Assembly: GCA_964405545.1 (NCBI GenBank)
Contig: CAYOOH010000002.1
Location: forward strand, 1 to 32,511
Direction: 5' to 3'
Origin: an uncultured Candidatus Saccharimonadales bacterium
Lineage (GTDB): Bacteria > Patescibacteriota > Saccharimonadia > UBA4664
Length of the DNA: 32,511 bases
Shown here piece by piece: positions 7,766 through 20,229 of this stretch (positions within the stretch are counted from its first letter, which is position 1; every line of letters begins with the position of its first letter). The notes beneath the pieces are model-generated. The model was not told where the DNA came from. It saw only the letters and a list, made by a program, of their open reading frames with translations, and did not search any database. A program made the position numbers and the translations under genes.

Positions 7766-10294
7766 CTATGACTCAGCCCCAACCTCAATCTCGGCGATCT
7801 CAGCCTCACCCACTAGCGCAACCGACGCCACCTTGTCACCCTCAGTCATTCGCATCACCCGCACGCCTTGAGTTGCCCGACCAATCAGCGAGATGTCACT
7901 CAACGCCATCCGAATCACTTGCCCCTGAGTTGATACCACTACCACCTCGGCGCTAGCCTCCTCAATCGCTCGTACATCCACTGTCTTGCCGGTCTTAGTC
8001 GTCACCACACCCGCCTTAATTCCCACTCCGCCCCGAGCATGAGTCGCAAACTGATCTACCTTAGTCCGCTTGCCATACCCATTCTCCATTACCACCAACA
8101 TCTCCATACCCGCCCGCACCACATCCATGCCCACTACCACGTCCCCCGTCCGCAGGCGAATCCCCCGCACCCCTCGCGTCGCTCGGCCCATCGGCCGAAC
8201 CTCACTCTCCCGGAACCGAATCGCCTGAGCCAACGCTGTCGAGATAATAACCTCGTCCTTGCCGCTCGTCAGCTTCACCCATTTTAGCTCATCCCCAGCG
8301 TCGAGCTTAATGGCAATCAGGCCATTCGCTCGAACGTTGGCATAATCGCTCAAGGAAGTTTTCTTAACCGTTCCCAACTTTGTAGCCATAAACAAATACA
8401 AATGATCAGTCTTAGAGTCAAATGTCACAAGCGACGTCACCTTCTCCCCTTGACCCAACTGAAGTAAGTTAACCACTGCCTGGCCCTTGGCCGTCCGCGA
8501 TGCCGCCGGGATCTCATACACCTTCTGCCGAAACACCCGGCCCTTATTGGTAAAAAACAGCATAAAATCATGGTTCTGCGTCAGCACCAAATGCTCCACC
8601 ACATCTTCTTCCTTGGTGGTCATGCCCATAATACCTTTACCACCCCGGCCTTGGCTCTTGTAGGTATTAGCCGGAATACGCTTGATATAGTTGCCAGTCG
8701 TCAAAGTCACAATCACTTGCTCGTTCGGCACCAGCTCCTCTTCCGAGAATTTACCTAGTTCATTGCCGACAATCTGGGTCCGGCGAGCATCCCCGTACCG
8801 AGCCTTAAGCTCCTCCAGCTCTTCACGAATGACCCGCAGGATCTCACTCTCGCTGGCCAAAATCTTCTCCAGCTCCGCAATCAGTTTGAGAAGCTCGGCC
8901 AGCTCATCCTCGATTTTCTTGCGCTCAAGACCAGCCAGCGTCCGCAATTGCATAGCCAAAATAGCCCGAGCCTGCAATTCACTAAACGAGAACCGCTCCA
9001 TCAAATTAAGCCGAGCTTCGTCCGTGGTCTGCGACGCCCGAATTGTCTTAATAACTTCATCGATATGGTCAAGCGCAGTCTTAAGTCCCTCCAAAATATG
9101 CGCCCGCTCCTTAGCCTTGCGCAGCTCAAACTCGATCCGCCGTCGCACCACGATCTGCCGATGCTGCAAATACTCGCGCAGCATCATCTCAAGACTCAGA
9201 ACACGCGGCTGACGGCCCTTATCTACCAATGCCAGCATGTTGACATGGAAGGCTGTCTGAAGCGGCGTCATCTTAAACAACTGATTTAAGACCTTGTTCG
9301 GATACGAGTCCCGCTTAAGCTCGATAACAATCCGCACCCCTCCACTTCGACTCGAGCTCTCATCCCGCAAATCATGAATCCCTACAATCCGCTTGTCGTG
9401 AACCAGCTCGGCAATCTTCTCAACCAGCGTCGCTTTATTGACCGCATACGGAATCTCCGTTACCACAATCCGCGATACGCCCTTTTTATCCTCCTCGATC
9501 TCTGCCACCGCCCGCACGACAATGCTGCCCTTACCCGTTCCATAAGCTTGGCGGATCGAGTCGGTCCCAAAAATCACACCCCCTGTTGGAAAATCTGGCC
9601 CTTTAATGTGCTTCATGAGGTCAGTCAGCGTCGCCTCGGGATTATCAATCAACTCCACAACGCCGTCCACGAGCTCAGTCAAATTGTGCGGCGGAATATT
9701 GGTCGCCATACCCACCGCGATTCCCACCTGACCGTTCAACAGCAGGTTAGGTAACTTAGCCGGCAGCACCACCGGCTCCCGCTTAGTTCCGTCATAGTTA
9801 GGCCGAAAATCTACCGTCTCTTTTTCGATATCATTGAGCAGTTCCTCGGCAATCGTCTGCATTCGAGCTTCCGTATAACGCATAGCCGCCGGCGGGTCGC
9901 CATCCAGCGAACCAAAGTTCCCCTGGCCGTCCACCAATGGGTAACGCATCGAAAAGTCCTGAGCTAGCCGCGCCATCGCATCATAAATCGCCGCGTCGCC
10001 GTGCGGGTGATAGTTACCCATCACATCTCCCACCACGCTCGCACTCTTGCGGTACTTGGCGCTATGACGCAAACCCTGCGAATTCATAACATGGAGAATC
10101 CGACGATGAACCGGCTTTAGGCCATCTCGAGCATCCGGCAGCGCCCGCGACACAATCACGCTCATGGCGTAAGCCAAATAGCTGGTCTCCATTTCGTACT
10201 CAAGTTTCTGCAGCCGCACCGTCCCGATCTCAGTCCGAAGTTCTTCGGGCTCCTCCGCCGGCTGTTCGATAATGTCTAGTGATTGATCGTCCAT
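7766..10294 (-). CDS. gyrA: DNA gyrase subunit A
   Basis: 842 aa. Motifs are [25 protein letters not shown], the catalytic-Tyr region AAMRYTEAR, and the GyrA-box QGRGGKG in the C-terminal domain, which favours gyrase over ParC. The gene lies 15 nt downstream of gyrB. Confidence 0.97.
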   Translation of the reverse strand: MDDQSLDIIEQPAEEPEELRTEIGTVRLQKLEYEMETSYLAYAMSVIVSRALPDARDGLKPVHRRILHVMNSQGLRHSAKYRKSASVVGDVMGNYHPHGDAAIYDAMARLAQDFSMRYPLVDGQGNFGSLDGDPPAAMRYTEARMQTIAEELLNDIEKETVDFRPNYDGTKREPVVLPAKLPNLLLNGQVGIAVGMATNIPPHNLTELVDGVVELIDNPEATLTDLMKHIKGPDFPTGGVIFGTDSIRQAYGTGKGSIVVRAVAEIEEDKKGVSRIVVTEIPYAVNKATLVEKIAELVHDKRIVGIHDLRDESSSRSGGVRIVIELKRDSYPNKVLNQLFKMTPLQTAFHVNMLALVDKGRQPRVLSLEMMLREYLQHRQIVVRRRIEFELRKAKERAHILEGLKTALDHIDEVIKTIRASQTTDEARLNLMERFSFSELQARAILAMQLRTLAGLERKKIEDELAELLKLIAELEKILASESEILRVIREELEELKARYGDARRTQIVGNELGKFSEEELVPNEQVIVTLTTGNYIKRIPANTYKSQGRGGKGIMGMTTKEEDVVEHLVLTQNHDFMLFFTNKGRVFRQKVYEIPAASRTAKGQAVVNLLQLGQGEKVTSLVTFDSKTDHLYLFMATKLGTVKKTSLSDYANVRANGLIAIKLDAGDELKWVKLTSGKDEVIISTALAQAIRFRESEVRPMGRATRGVRGIRLRTGDVVVGMDVVRAGMEMLVVMENGYGKRTKVDQFATHARGGVGIKAGVVTTKTGKTVDVRAIEEASAEVVVVSTQGQVIRMALSDISLIGRATQGVRVMRMTEGDKVASVALVGEAEIAEIEVGAES

Positions 10295-10309
10295 ACTACT
10301 TTTTTTCCG

Positions 10310-12541
<2,232 letters not shown>

Positions 12542-12544
12542 CTA

Positions 12545-14017
12545 ATGTTTCCCAAAATCGTCTCTCGACTTTCCTTATCGCCATCCGCCCTCTCGGATAT
12601 GGCCTTTTACGCTCGGCGACTCAAGCAAGAATCGGTCACGCGCGCCTTTTCCGCCGTCGCTGCCGTCCTCATCATTGGTCTGCAATTTGCCGTCGTTGCC
12701 GCTCCACCCACGCCCACCAACGCCGCCTCCTCTAGCGACATTATCTACGGCGGCTTCACCTCCAAAGCCGATTTGCTCAACCGCTACGATGCCAGCACCG
12801 AGCTCAAAGCCCTCTACACCTACTTCGGTATCTCTCGCCAAGACCTCGCCAACACCCAATCCGCCCAAATCAATTCCCGCGACCATAGCCTCAACTCACT
12901 TGGCCGCGTCCAGCATGCGTCCAGTGATCAAGAAGTAGTAGTTGGCACCTACCACTACTGGGCGCGTTACCTCTACCAGTTTGACACCGGCTCCAATATC
13001 CAAACCGGTTCCTACTACAATGTTCTCCAAGGCAAACGAGCCAGCGACGGCAGCTACTTTGCCGTCATATTTCACTGCGGCAATCTAGTGTTCAAGAAAC
13101 TCCCACCCAAGCCAACACCCCCGCCACCGCCCAAGCCCTCCCCATCCCCGTCTCCCTCACCATCGCCCACCCCCAATACCGTCGCCTGCCTCAAACTAAC
13201 CGGCAGCCCCACCCAAGGCGAGATCCCGCTCACCGTCACCGTCACCGGCCAAGGCAAAGCCACCGGCCAAACCATCGACCAATACCAATTCAACTTTGGT
13301 GACAGCACCATAACAGAGCAGCCGAGCGCCACCACCACCCACACCTACACCAAGGCCGGCACCTATACCGTTGTGCTTAAGATCAGGGGATCCAAGGGAA
13401 CCGTTTCGCCCCTTGCCGCCGCCTGCACTCTCACTATCAAGCCCACTACTCCACCAGCCGCTTTTACTAAATCAAAATCCGCTCTCAACACCACTCAGAC
13501 CATCGACGCCACCACCGCTCCCGCCCATGCCGGCGACATCATTCGCTATAGCCTCACCACCAAGAACATCGGCGGCACGGCCCAAGACTACACCGTCGTT
13601 GAGCATATCGAGGACATCCTCGAGTACGCCGACGTCACCGACCCAACCGACGCCGTCATTAAGGACGGGGTCATGACCTGGCCAGCCGTTTCCATCGCCC
13701 CCGGCAAATCACTCATCAAAACCTTCACCGTCAAAATTAAGGATCCCATCCCGGCCACCCCTGTCGGTGTCTCGGACAAATTCTCCTACGACCTGCGCAT
13801 GGACAACGTCTACGGCAACGACGTCCGTATTACCCTCGAGCCACCCCTGGCTAAACAAGTCGAAGGCGCCAGCACCGTCATGCCCGCCACTGGCCCCAGT
13901 ACCTCCAGTTTTATCGTCATCGTCGTAGTCAGCCTCTGCCTCTACTTTTACTTCCGCAACCGTCAGCTAGCAACCGAAGTCAAGCTGCTACGCGGCCATT
14001 ATCAAGGAGCCCTCTAA
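12545..14017 (+). CDS. Cell-surface protein with an N-terminal TM, a Pro/Ser linker, a PKD-like domain, a DUF11/CARDB-like repeat and an LPXTG-like (MPATG) sorting signal
   Basis: TM AFSAVAAVLIIGLQFAVVAA and a linker PPKPTPPPPPKPSPSPSPSPSPTP. PKD-like signature IPLTVTVTGQG..YQFNFGDST..HTYTKAGTYTVVLKIRG. DUF11-like signature AGDIIRYSLTTKNIGGTAQDYTVVEHI. MPATG (13880-13894) is followed by FIVIVVVSLCLYFYF and RNRQ. The tracked start is GTG 12539. ATG 12545 is preferred because it sits 7 nt after TGTTACAAT. Confidence 0.75.
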   Translation: MFPKIVSRLSLSPSALSDMAFYARRLKQESVTRAFSAVAAVLIIGLQFAVVAAPPTPTNAASSSDIIYGGFTSKADLLNRYDASTELKALYTYFGISRQDLANTQSAQINSRDHSLNSLGRVQHASSDQEVVVGTYHYWARYLYQFDTGSNIQTGSYYNVLQGKRASDGSYFAVIFHCGNLVFKKLPPKPTPPPPPKPSPSPSPSPSPTPNTVACLKLTGSPTQGEIPLTVTVTGQGKATGQTIDQYQFNFGDSTITEQPSATTTHTYTKAGTYTVVLKIRGSKGTVSPLAAACTLTIKPTTPPAAFTKSKSALNTTQTIDATTAPAHAGDIIRYSLTTKNIGGTAQDYTVVEHIEDILEYADVTDPTDAVIKDGVMTWPAVSIAPGKSLIKTFTVKIKDPIPATPVGVSDKFSYDLRMDNVYGNDVRITLEPPLAKQVEGASTVMPATGPSTSSFIVIVVVSLCLYFYFRNRQLATEVKLLRGHYQGAL

Positions 14018-14577
14018 TGTCCGCTGAACGCCAAGCCGAGCACGTCAACCCACACCAAGCCGAACGCCATCGCGCCGAGCTCCAAGAACTTGGTAACAAA
14101 CAGCTCGAACAACTCCGCCAGTCCACAAATCTCGAAACCAACCCCGACCGGCCCGAGGACCGCGCCGAAGCCGCCCGCGAGATTATAGCCAAGCATGAGG
14201 CCCCACCTCCAGCCCCCGAGGCCGAGGTTACCGCACCCCCCGTCCGCCATCCCATTCTCAACCTCAAGCTCAATTACGCCCAAACCCTCGCCAGCCTCCA
14301 GCGCCAACTGCGACCGGCCAGCCGAACCTTTAGCAAGATTATCCACACACCCATTGTTGAATCCGTCAGCACTGCCCTTGAGTCCACGGTCGCGCGACCC
14401 TCAGTCCTGCTTGGCGCCAGCTGGGCAGCCCTCATCGTAGGTGGCGGCTTCTACCTGACCGCCCGCCACTACGGCTACAGTCTATCCGGCTCCGAAATGC
14501 TCCTGTCGTTTATCTTTGGCGCCCTTCTCGGCCTGGCCGGCGAGACCCTCTTGCGTAGTCTCAAGCGCCGTCAATAA
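14017..14577 (+). CDS. Small membrane protein (186 aa), charged or coiled N-terminal half and two C-terminal TM segments, unknown function
   Basis: The start overlaps the upstream stop (TAATG at 14015-14019), implying translational coupling. TM segments are VLLGASWAALIVGGGFYL and MLLSFIFGALLGLAG. Confidence 0.6.
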   Translation: MSAERQAEHVNPHQAERHRAELQELGNKQLEQLRQSTNLETNPDRPEDRAEAAREIIAKHEAPPPAPEAEVTAPPVRHPILNLKLNYAQTLASLQRQLRPASRTFSKIIHTPIVESVSTALESTVARPSVLLGASWAALIVGGGFYLTARHYGYSLSGSEMLLSFIFGALLGLAGETLLRSLKRRQ

Positions 14578-14627
14578 CCCCAAACTGTCTTCTCGAAAAA
14601 AGTCGATAAAAACCCCGTCAACCCCGA

Positions 14628-17600
14628 CTACTCCCCAATAATTACATTACCTCGCTCATCTACAAACACCTCGCCCGGAGCCAACTTCTTGGGCTGCTCT
14701 ATTCTTGGCGCATCTACATTCGCCGCCGGCCCCTCGCTCGTCGGCATAATCAGCGTACCCGTCAAAGCCCCCGCCTCCTCCTGAGCTTCCGTGGGACTAT
14801 TATGAATCTCCTCCTGGGTGCTCTCAATCTGCTCAGCTGGCTTATCGGGTAATCGCTTATGCCGGACATGCGTCTCAACCGGTTTCATGTCTTCGACCGG
14901 AGCAGAATCGGAAACCACCGCCGCCACTCCCTCCGCGGCCACCGGCCCCAAATTGGACAAACGATCGCGCTTGGCCTGCGCTACATCAGAAACAGCTAAC
15001 GATTCGGCAGGCGGTAGGCCACCGTCCTCCTGCACCGGTAGCGGCACCTCGGCCAAAGCCGGCGCCAAAACCCCGGCCGAACCCGCCGGCTTAGGCGCCG
15101 CTATGGCCCCCACAGGCGCAGAGGTCGACTCACGCACAGTCGCCGGTAAGGGTGACAAAACCGGCTCACGTGCGGTCGCCGGCGCCCACGTAGCCACCGG
15201 TGCCGACGCCGGGCCGGCCAACACCCCACCCTGCGGTTCCAAAACTGCCACCGGCCTAGACACGTCGACCGGCCTCGCCGCCTCAACCCCCGGCTGCGCC
15301 AAGCCGGCCGGAGCCATGGGGACGGGGGCAAGCGGTAGCGTTGGCATTGGCGGTGGTGGTGCAGGCTGAGGAACCGAAACCGGCTCCAGCCTTGACCGAG
15401 AAGGAGGCATTACCGGTGCTACCGGCTGCGGCAAGACTGACGCCCGACCATTCGACGGCAACAACGACATGCTCAATAAGTCATCAATCTGTCGCTCCGT
15501 GTCTTCGACCGGACCAGATGCACCCCCCAAAGGCACAGCCGACACGCTTATCCCCGATGCCCCCCTGTCATTCTCAGTCGTCGACCCACCGGCAATCGGA
15601 GCCGTCGCGCCCCGATCAGGCTCCATTCCAGACTGCACTGACGCCGCCCCCTGCTGCTCAACAGACCTACCCACCGGAGGAGCTGCCAAAACCGCCGGCT
15701 CGACCGCGGCCAAACCAACCGCCGGCACTGCTCCACCCAACACATCAATACCAGCGTAAGGATCACCAGGTAACGGCTGAGCAACGCCCCCACCCATACC
15801 CATAGCACCACCACCCACAGCGCCGCCATTCACCGCTGGCTCACTCGTCGGCCTTGGCGCCGGCATACCCAACACATCGATCCCCGCGTAAGGATCCCCT
15901 GGCAGCGGTGCCGCCCCCGCAACCATCGCGCTCCCATCGGCACCAGACTCACCCCCGGCTGGCACTCCAACTCCGGCCCCACTCCCGCGACTGCCGCTCA
16001 TAGCCGAATCAACCGCAACCGGAGCCTGCCGCGGCGGTCTGCCCCCGGTAATATCCCGAAAAGACAGCGTACCCGGTGCCGGAGGAACAGCCGCAGCCGC
16101 AACAGCCGGCGCCACCCCCGCCGTCGCCGCTCCGGGCATTGCAGCCGCCCCAGGCATCGGCCCGACCATCGCTCCCGGCCCGACGGCCGCCCCAGGCATC
16201 GGCCCCACCGCCCGCGCCATGCTAGGGGGCAAATCCACCGGCGGCGCCCCGATCGGCGGCGGCATCATCGCCATCTGAGGCAAGCTCGCCGCCGAACCCG
16301 CAACACTACCACTCCCCAAAGCCGTATCCGCCCCAGGCGCCGCATAACCTCCCGCCGCCCCAGACACAGGTACCGCCGGCCAAGTTCCCGCCACCGCCCC
16401 CACCCCCGGACCAACCTGAGTGCTAGGTGCAGCCGCAACCCCACCGCCCGCCATTCCTGCACCCCCAGGGGCCATCCCCCCCACCGAAGCAAAATCTGCG
16501 CCCGGCACACCCGAGGCACCCGCTGCGACAACCGCGCCATTCGCCGTATTACCCCAGCTTGCGCCCCCAGCAGCCGGCGGCACCATTGCCGCAGTGGCTG
16601 GCGCTGTACCACTAGCCCCTACCACACCCGCTCCGTTAACCGCACCACTACCACCAACTCCAGTCGCCCCTACCGCCGAGCCGCCATTCATCGCCGACCC
16701 ACTCATCCCCCCGCTGCCGCCCAACGCCGTCGCCCTCGCTCCAGCCGGCGCCATACCACCAGACGCCACGTCACCAGTTCCACTCACATTCGGCGCCCCC
16801 ACGCCGCTCCCGGCCCCACTAGCCCCCGGCCCTCCCGCCGGCCCGCTCGCCCCTCCTGCTCCCGGCCCACTCACGCTTGACCCCGCGCCACCAGCCGCTC
16901 CCGGTGCCACCGGCGTCGATAGCTTTGGCGCTGGCGTTCCCGGCGCTCGACCCGTAAATCGCTCCACAATATCGGCTTCCACCACCGACTTCGCCCGGCC
17001 AAACTTAGCAGCGCTCAACTGCTTAATCGCTACCCCCAGCTCCGCATTGGCACCCGCAATCGGCGCCGAATCTTTAATCGTAAACGGCTGCGACGGCAGC
17101 CCTCCAATCATCAGTCGCATAGCTGCATTAAAGTTAGGCAAATTCATCAAATCCGACGCATCAAACACGGGCGCAAACTGCTTTACCATAAACTCGGCAT
17201 CCTCCGGCCCCATCCGGTGCGCTACAATCGTCCCAATATTGCCAAACACCGCATCCCGAATCTGCTGGCTCAACTGACCAATAAACTGGTTGGCTACAAT
17301 CAAGTTCAGTCGGTATTTCCGGGCCTCGCTCAAAATACTGGCAAAACTATCCGTCGAAAAATTCTGAAACTCATCCACATACAAACAAAAATCCGCCCGT
17401 TGGTCCTCCGGCACCTCCGCCCGGCTCATCGCTGCCGCCTGGAACTTGATCACAAAAATCATACCCAACAGCTGCGAGTTCAGCTCGCCAATCCGGCCCT
17501 TACTCAAGTTCACGATCAAAATCTTCTTCTGATCCATAATGTCGCGAATATTAAAAGCCGACTTAGTCTGGCCGATAATATTGCGCATCATCTCGTTGTT

Positions 17601-19382
17601 CTGGAACGCCCCAAACTTACTCACAAACCAGCCCAGCATCTCGCTCTTGTGGTAATCGCTCGTCTGGCCCATCTCTTTGGTCCAAAAATCAATCACCGTC
17701 GGATCCTTCAAGTACTTAAACTTCTTCTTTAAGTACTCCGTATCGGTAAACACTTTCGGAATCTCAATAAACGTCGCCCCATTCGGATCGCTCATCAACG
17801 TCAGTGCCGCATTCCGATACCAATGCTCATACCGCGGCCCAATAATGCCCGTATGCCCCGGGTCATACAGCTTGTACAGCATATTAATCGTCTCTTGAAC
17901 CAAGAAATCCTTCTGCGCCGGATCCGTAAACTCAAACAAGTTCAGCCCGAGCGGGTACTCCATGTCCGACGGATTAAAGTACACCACATCCTCCGCCCGC
18001 TCCTTTGGCACCATACTCAAAAGCTTCTCGGCGCTATCCCCATGCGGATCAATAAAAGCAAACCCATTGCCGGCTCTCATATCCTGGACTACCAAATTCT
18101 CCAGCATCGTCGACTTACCCGTACCCGTCTGGCCCAAAATATAGGTATGTCGCCGCCGATCCTCAGGACTTAGCCGGATCTCTTTTTGCACCCCCCGGAA
18201 CTCATTATGACCAAACAATAACCCCGTCGCCGGCAACTGGACCGGCCCGTCCACCTGCTTGCTCTGCAGCCGCTCTACACTGGCACTGGGCGTAAACTGC
18301 GAATCCGGCAAATGAAACAACGTCGCCAGCTCCACGCTATTTAAGACATTACTCTTGAGCTCCGGCGGAAAAAACCGAAAGATAAAAGCCGTCACCAGCC
18401 CTTGCACGTCCAGCGCCGGCAAGAACTTAAACCCATTCACACCCGGCGCCTCAAACAGCGCAAAAGCCGTCGCAATATCCCGCAACAGCTGCTGACTCCG
18501 CACCACCGACCCCGTCGATACCACCACCCGAACCAACACCTCAAACCCCGGATGCTTTGTCTTCTCCTCGATCGCCTCCACCTCGGCCAGCTCCAGATTA
18601 GACACCTCCTTGCCACCTGTCCGCGCCTGCTCCTCCTGTCGCCGCTGCTCCGGCGACTTAACAGCCGCCTTAACCAAATCGCCAGCCGTAAACGCCAAAC
18701 TCTCATGCCGCCCCTTGCGCTTAGAATCAGCCACCTTAACCGACCGCTTCGTCCATTTCGGGTCGGCTGGCCTCAGCATAATCTGGACCGCGGCCCCATC
18801 CTGCTTATCCAACGCCGCAATCGTCGTTAACAGCGCCTCCATCGGATCGCGCTCCAGCTTAGCGTAGGTCGCAATCGGGTAGGCACTCTCGGCCCGCAGC
18901 ACCATCTCGCCCCCCAACGTGGCCGCCAGTCGGCCTTCCTGGTTAAAGATATTGTGGTCCTCCACCTCCTCCAGGCGCGCCCCCGGATAAGCCGTCACCA
19001 CCGCCTTCTTCACGACGCTCACCAGCGCCACCGGTACCGCCACAAAGAAATGCACCACGCCTTCAATTGCAATCAACTCCAACGCCACATGCCGCTGGCC
19101 ATAAAAATTACTCTTAAAACCCTCAACAGCCGTACCGGCCAACAGATTGTACAGCACCTCAGCCTGCGACGTCTTCTCGCGCATCACCTCCCGGATATCA
19201 CGCGACCCGGCGGCCGTATCCGAGCTCGGCGGGGGCAAATGGATGAGCACCGGCACCATCTTGAGTCCCCGCTCAATTGCCTTGGCCCGCCGCAGCTTCC
19301 GCCGATACGTCACAAAAGCCACCACCCCCAACCCGCCGGCTAGGCCAAAAAACACTACAAAAACCAGTATAATACCGCTCAC
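14628..19382 (-). CDS. Giant (1584 aa) membrane-anchored VirD4/TraD/TraG-like (type IV coupling-protein-like) P-loop ATPase fused to a Gly/Ala/Pro-rich low-complexity C-terminal region of about 750 aa
   Basis: N-terminal TM IILVFVVFFGLAGGLGVVAFV followed by YRRKLRRAK. Walker A YILGQTGTGKST is at aa 417-425 (nt 18108-18134). Walker B FCLYVDEFQNF is at nt 17358-17384. LNLIVANQFIGQLSQQIRDAVFGNIGTIVAHRMG resembles the Q..QL region of coupling proteins. From about aa 811 onward the sequence is GAGGASGPAGGPGASGAGSG-type. The start is GTG. Confidence 0.8.
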   Translation of the reverse strand: MSGIILVFVVFFGLAGGLGVVAFVTYRRKLRRAKAIERGLKMVPVLIHLPPPSSDTAAGSRDIREVMREKTSQAEVLYNLLAGTAVEGFKSNFYGQRHVALELIAIEGVVHFFVAVPVALVSVVKKAVVTAYPGARLEEVEDHNIFNQEGRLAATLGGEMVLRAESAYPIATYAKLERDPMEALLTTIAALDKQDGAAVQIMLRPADPKWTKRSVKVADSKRKGRHESLAFTAGDLVKAAVKSPEQRRQEEQARTGGKEVSNLELAEVEAIEEKTKHPGFEVLVRVVVSTGSVVRSQQLLRDIATAFALFEAPGVNGFKFLPALDVQGLVTAFIFRFFPPELKSNVLNSVELATLFHLPDSQFTPSASVERLQSKQVDGPVQLPATGLLFGHNEFRGVQKEIRLSPEDRRRHTYILGQTGTGKSTMLENLVVQDMRAGNGFAFIDPHGDSAEKLLSMVPKERAEDVVYFNPSDMEYPLGLNLFEFTDPAQKDFLVQETINMLYKLYDPGHTGIIGPRYEHWYRNAALTLMSDPNGATFIEIPKVFTDTEYLKKKFKYLKDPTVIDFWTKEMGQTSDYHKSEMLGWFVSKFGAFQNNEMMRNIIGQTKSAFNIRDIMDQKKILIVNLSKGRIGELNSQLLGMIFVIKFQAAAMSRAEVPEDQRADFCLYVDEFQNFSTDSFASILSEARKYRLNLIVANQFIGQLSQQIRDAVFGNIGTIVAHRMGPEDAEFMVKQFAPVFDASDLMNLPNFNAAMRLMIGGLPSQPFTIKDSAPIAGANAELGVAIKQLSAAKFGRAKSVVEADIVERFTGRAPGTPAPKLSTPVAPGAAGGAGSSVSGPGAGGASGPAGGPGASGAGSGVGAPNVSGTGDVASGGMAPAGARATALGGSGGMSGSAMNGGSAVGATGVGGSGAVNGAGVVGASGTAPATAAMVPPAAGGASWGNTANGAVVAAGASGVPGADFASVGGMAPGGAGMAGGGVAAAPSTQVGPGVGAVAGTWPAVPVSGAAGGYAAPGADTALGSGSVAGSAASLPQMAMMPPPIGAPPVDLPPSMARAVGPMPGAAVGPGAMVGPMPGAAAMPGAATAGVAPAVAAAAVPPAPGTLSFRDITGGRPPRQAPVAVDSAMSGSRGSGAGVGVPAGGESGADGSAMVAGAAPLPGDPYAGIDVLGMPAPRPTSEPAVNGGAVGGGAMGMGGGVAQPLPGDPYAGIDVLGGAVPAVGLAAVEPAVLAAPPVGRSVEQQGAASVQSGMEPDRGATAPIAGGSTTENDRGASGISVSAVPLGGASGPVEDTERQIDDLLSMSLLPSNGRASVLPQPVAPVMPPSRSRLEPVSVPQPAPPPPMPTLPLAPVPMAPAGLAQPGVEAARPVDVSRPVAVLEPQGGVLAGPASAPVATWAPATAREPVLSPLPATVRESTSAPVGAIAAPKPAGSAGVLAPALAEVPLPVQEDGGLPPAESLAVSDVAQAKRDRLSNLGPVAAEGVAAVVSDSAPVEDMKPVETHVRHKRLPDKPAEQIESTQEEIHNSPTEAQEEAGALTGTLIMPTSEGPAANVDAPRIEQPKKLAPGEVFVDERGNVIIGE
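14703..16952 (-). other. Compositionally biased (Gly/Ala/Pro/Val/Ser) region of the giant ATPase gene, predicted to be intrinsically disordered
   Basis: Read directly from the translation, about aa 811-1560. The many long antisense and alternate-frame ORFs in the track here (for example 16420..17277 +) are by-products of this bias. Confidence 0.8.
15736..15908 (-). repeat. Duplicated 14-aa motif PLPGDPYAGIDVLG inside the ATPase low-complexity tail
   Basis: The copies are encoded at 15736-15776 and 15868-15908, 132 nt (44 aa) apart. The peptide is identical in both, and the DNA differs at several synonymous positions. Confidence 0.85.
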
Positions 19383-19391
19383 TTACGGCTA

Positions 19392-19400
19392 ATTATAGCA
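19392..19400 (-). promoter_or_regulatory. Extended -10 box (TGCTATAAT) 9 nt upstream of GTG 19382 of the giant ATPase
   Basis: The minus strand reads TGCTATAAT TAGCCGTAA GTG. Confidence 0.45.
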
Positions 19401-19457
19401 CTTGTGCTCGCCTCAAGATATCGCAATACCCACCGTTATAGTCCGCAAAACAACTTA

Positions 19458-19487
19458 GCGGCCGGTCCCAAAAAAGGACCGACCGCC
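19458..19487 (-). terminator. Intrinsic terminator after the 19498..20046 gene
   Basis: The minus strand forms GGCGGUCGGUCC UUUUUU GGGACCGGCCGC, a stem of about 11-12 bp, followed by the U-rich stretch UAAGUUGUUUUG. Confidence 0.65.
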
Positions 19488-19497
19488 TCCATCTGTT

Positions 19498-20046
19498 CTA
19501 GCCCATAATGCTACTTGTGCCGATCACCAGCTGACAGGTAAAAACAAGTGACTGAAATTTCACCCCTGTCACAACGGTACCAGTCGGCCCATGGACAATA
19601 CGCCCGCTAACCCGCCTGGCCACCACCTGGATCTCAGCCACTGTGGTACCTGCCGGCACCAGACACATCAGAAGCCCCGGATGATAATCACTCATACCCC
19701 GCAGAGCATCAACCGCCAGCAGTCTGGGCGCCCCCGTCGAGTCAGTCCAATACTCGCTAGGATTGTCCGTCTGGTGCCATTCAGTCAGGTCAATAGCCCT
19801 GACTGAGGCAAAAATCGGATCGGCCGAGGTGGTAATCCAGCCCGGCACCGTCCGAAGCTTAACAAACCCGGTCGGACTCGGCATCGCAACAACCGTCGAA
19901 ACAACGGTGGGCCGCTCAGTCACAGAATACCGGTGAGTACTCCGAACCATGACCACCAAAAGAGCCGCATTCACAACCACCAACACCGCGACCACAGCGA
20001 GCAAGATCGTCGTTAGCCGTCGCCTGACAAAACTTCCCACATCCAT
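19498..20046 (-). CDS. Membrane-anchored hypothetical protein (182 aa)
   Basis: N-terminal RRRLTTILLAVVAVLVVVNAALLVVMV signal-anchor followed by a globular extracytoplasmic region. A strong hairpin terminator follows the gene. Confidence 0.6.
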   Translation of the reverse strand: MDVGSFVRRRLTTILLAVVAVLVVVNAALLVVMVRSTHRYSVTERPTVVSTVVAMPSPTGFVKLRTVPGWITTSADPIFASVRAIDLTEWHQTDNPSEYWTDSTGAPRLLAVDALRGMSDYHPGLLMCLVPAGTTVAEIQVVARRVSGRIVHGPTGTVVTGVKFQSLVFTCQLVIGTSSIMG

Positions 20047-20229
20047 CGATAACTCTTTTCGTAATCGAAGAATCCTCGGTTATCCCGAGAGGACCAACAA
20101 ACTCTAGTATTAATTTCGAAAAATTGCAAGAAAACCCCTCGGCTAACCACTTTGTCTGTCTATCTCTATTGACTAATTTAATAAAAAGATTCAAAATAAC
20201 TAAGTCCAAAATTACCCCTCCCCTAAGAG

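Noticed and set aside
14818-17277. Long plus-strand and alternate-frame ORFs (14818..15369, 15341..15805, 16420..17277 and others) rich in P/A/T/R
   Set aside because: They lie antisense to, or out of frame with, the giant ATPase gene inside its GC-rich low-complexity region. Such shadow ORFs are expected there. They have no start context, and their composition mirrors that of the real frame.
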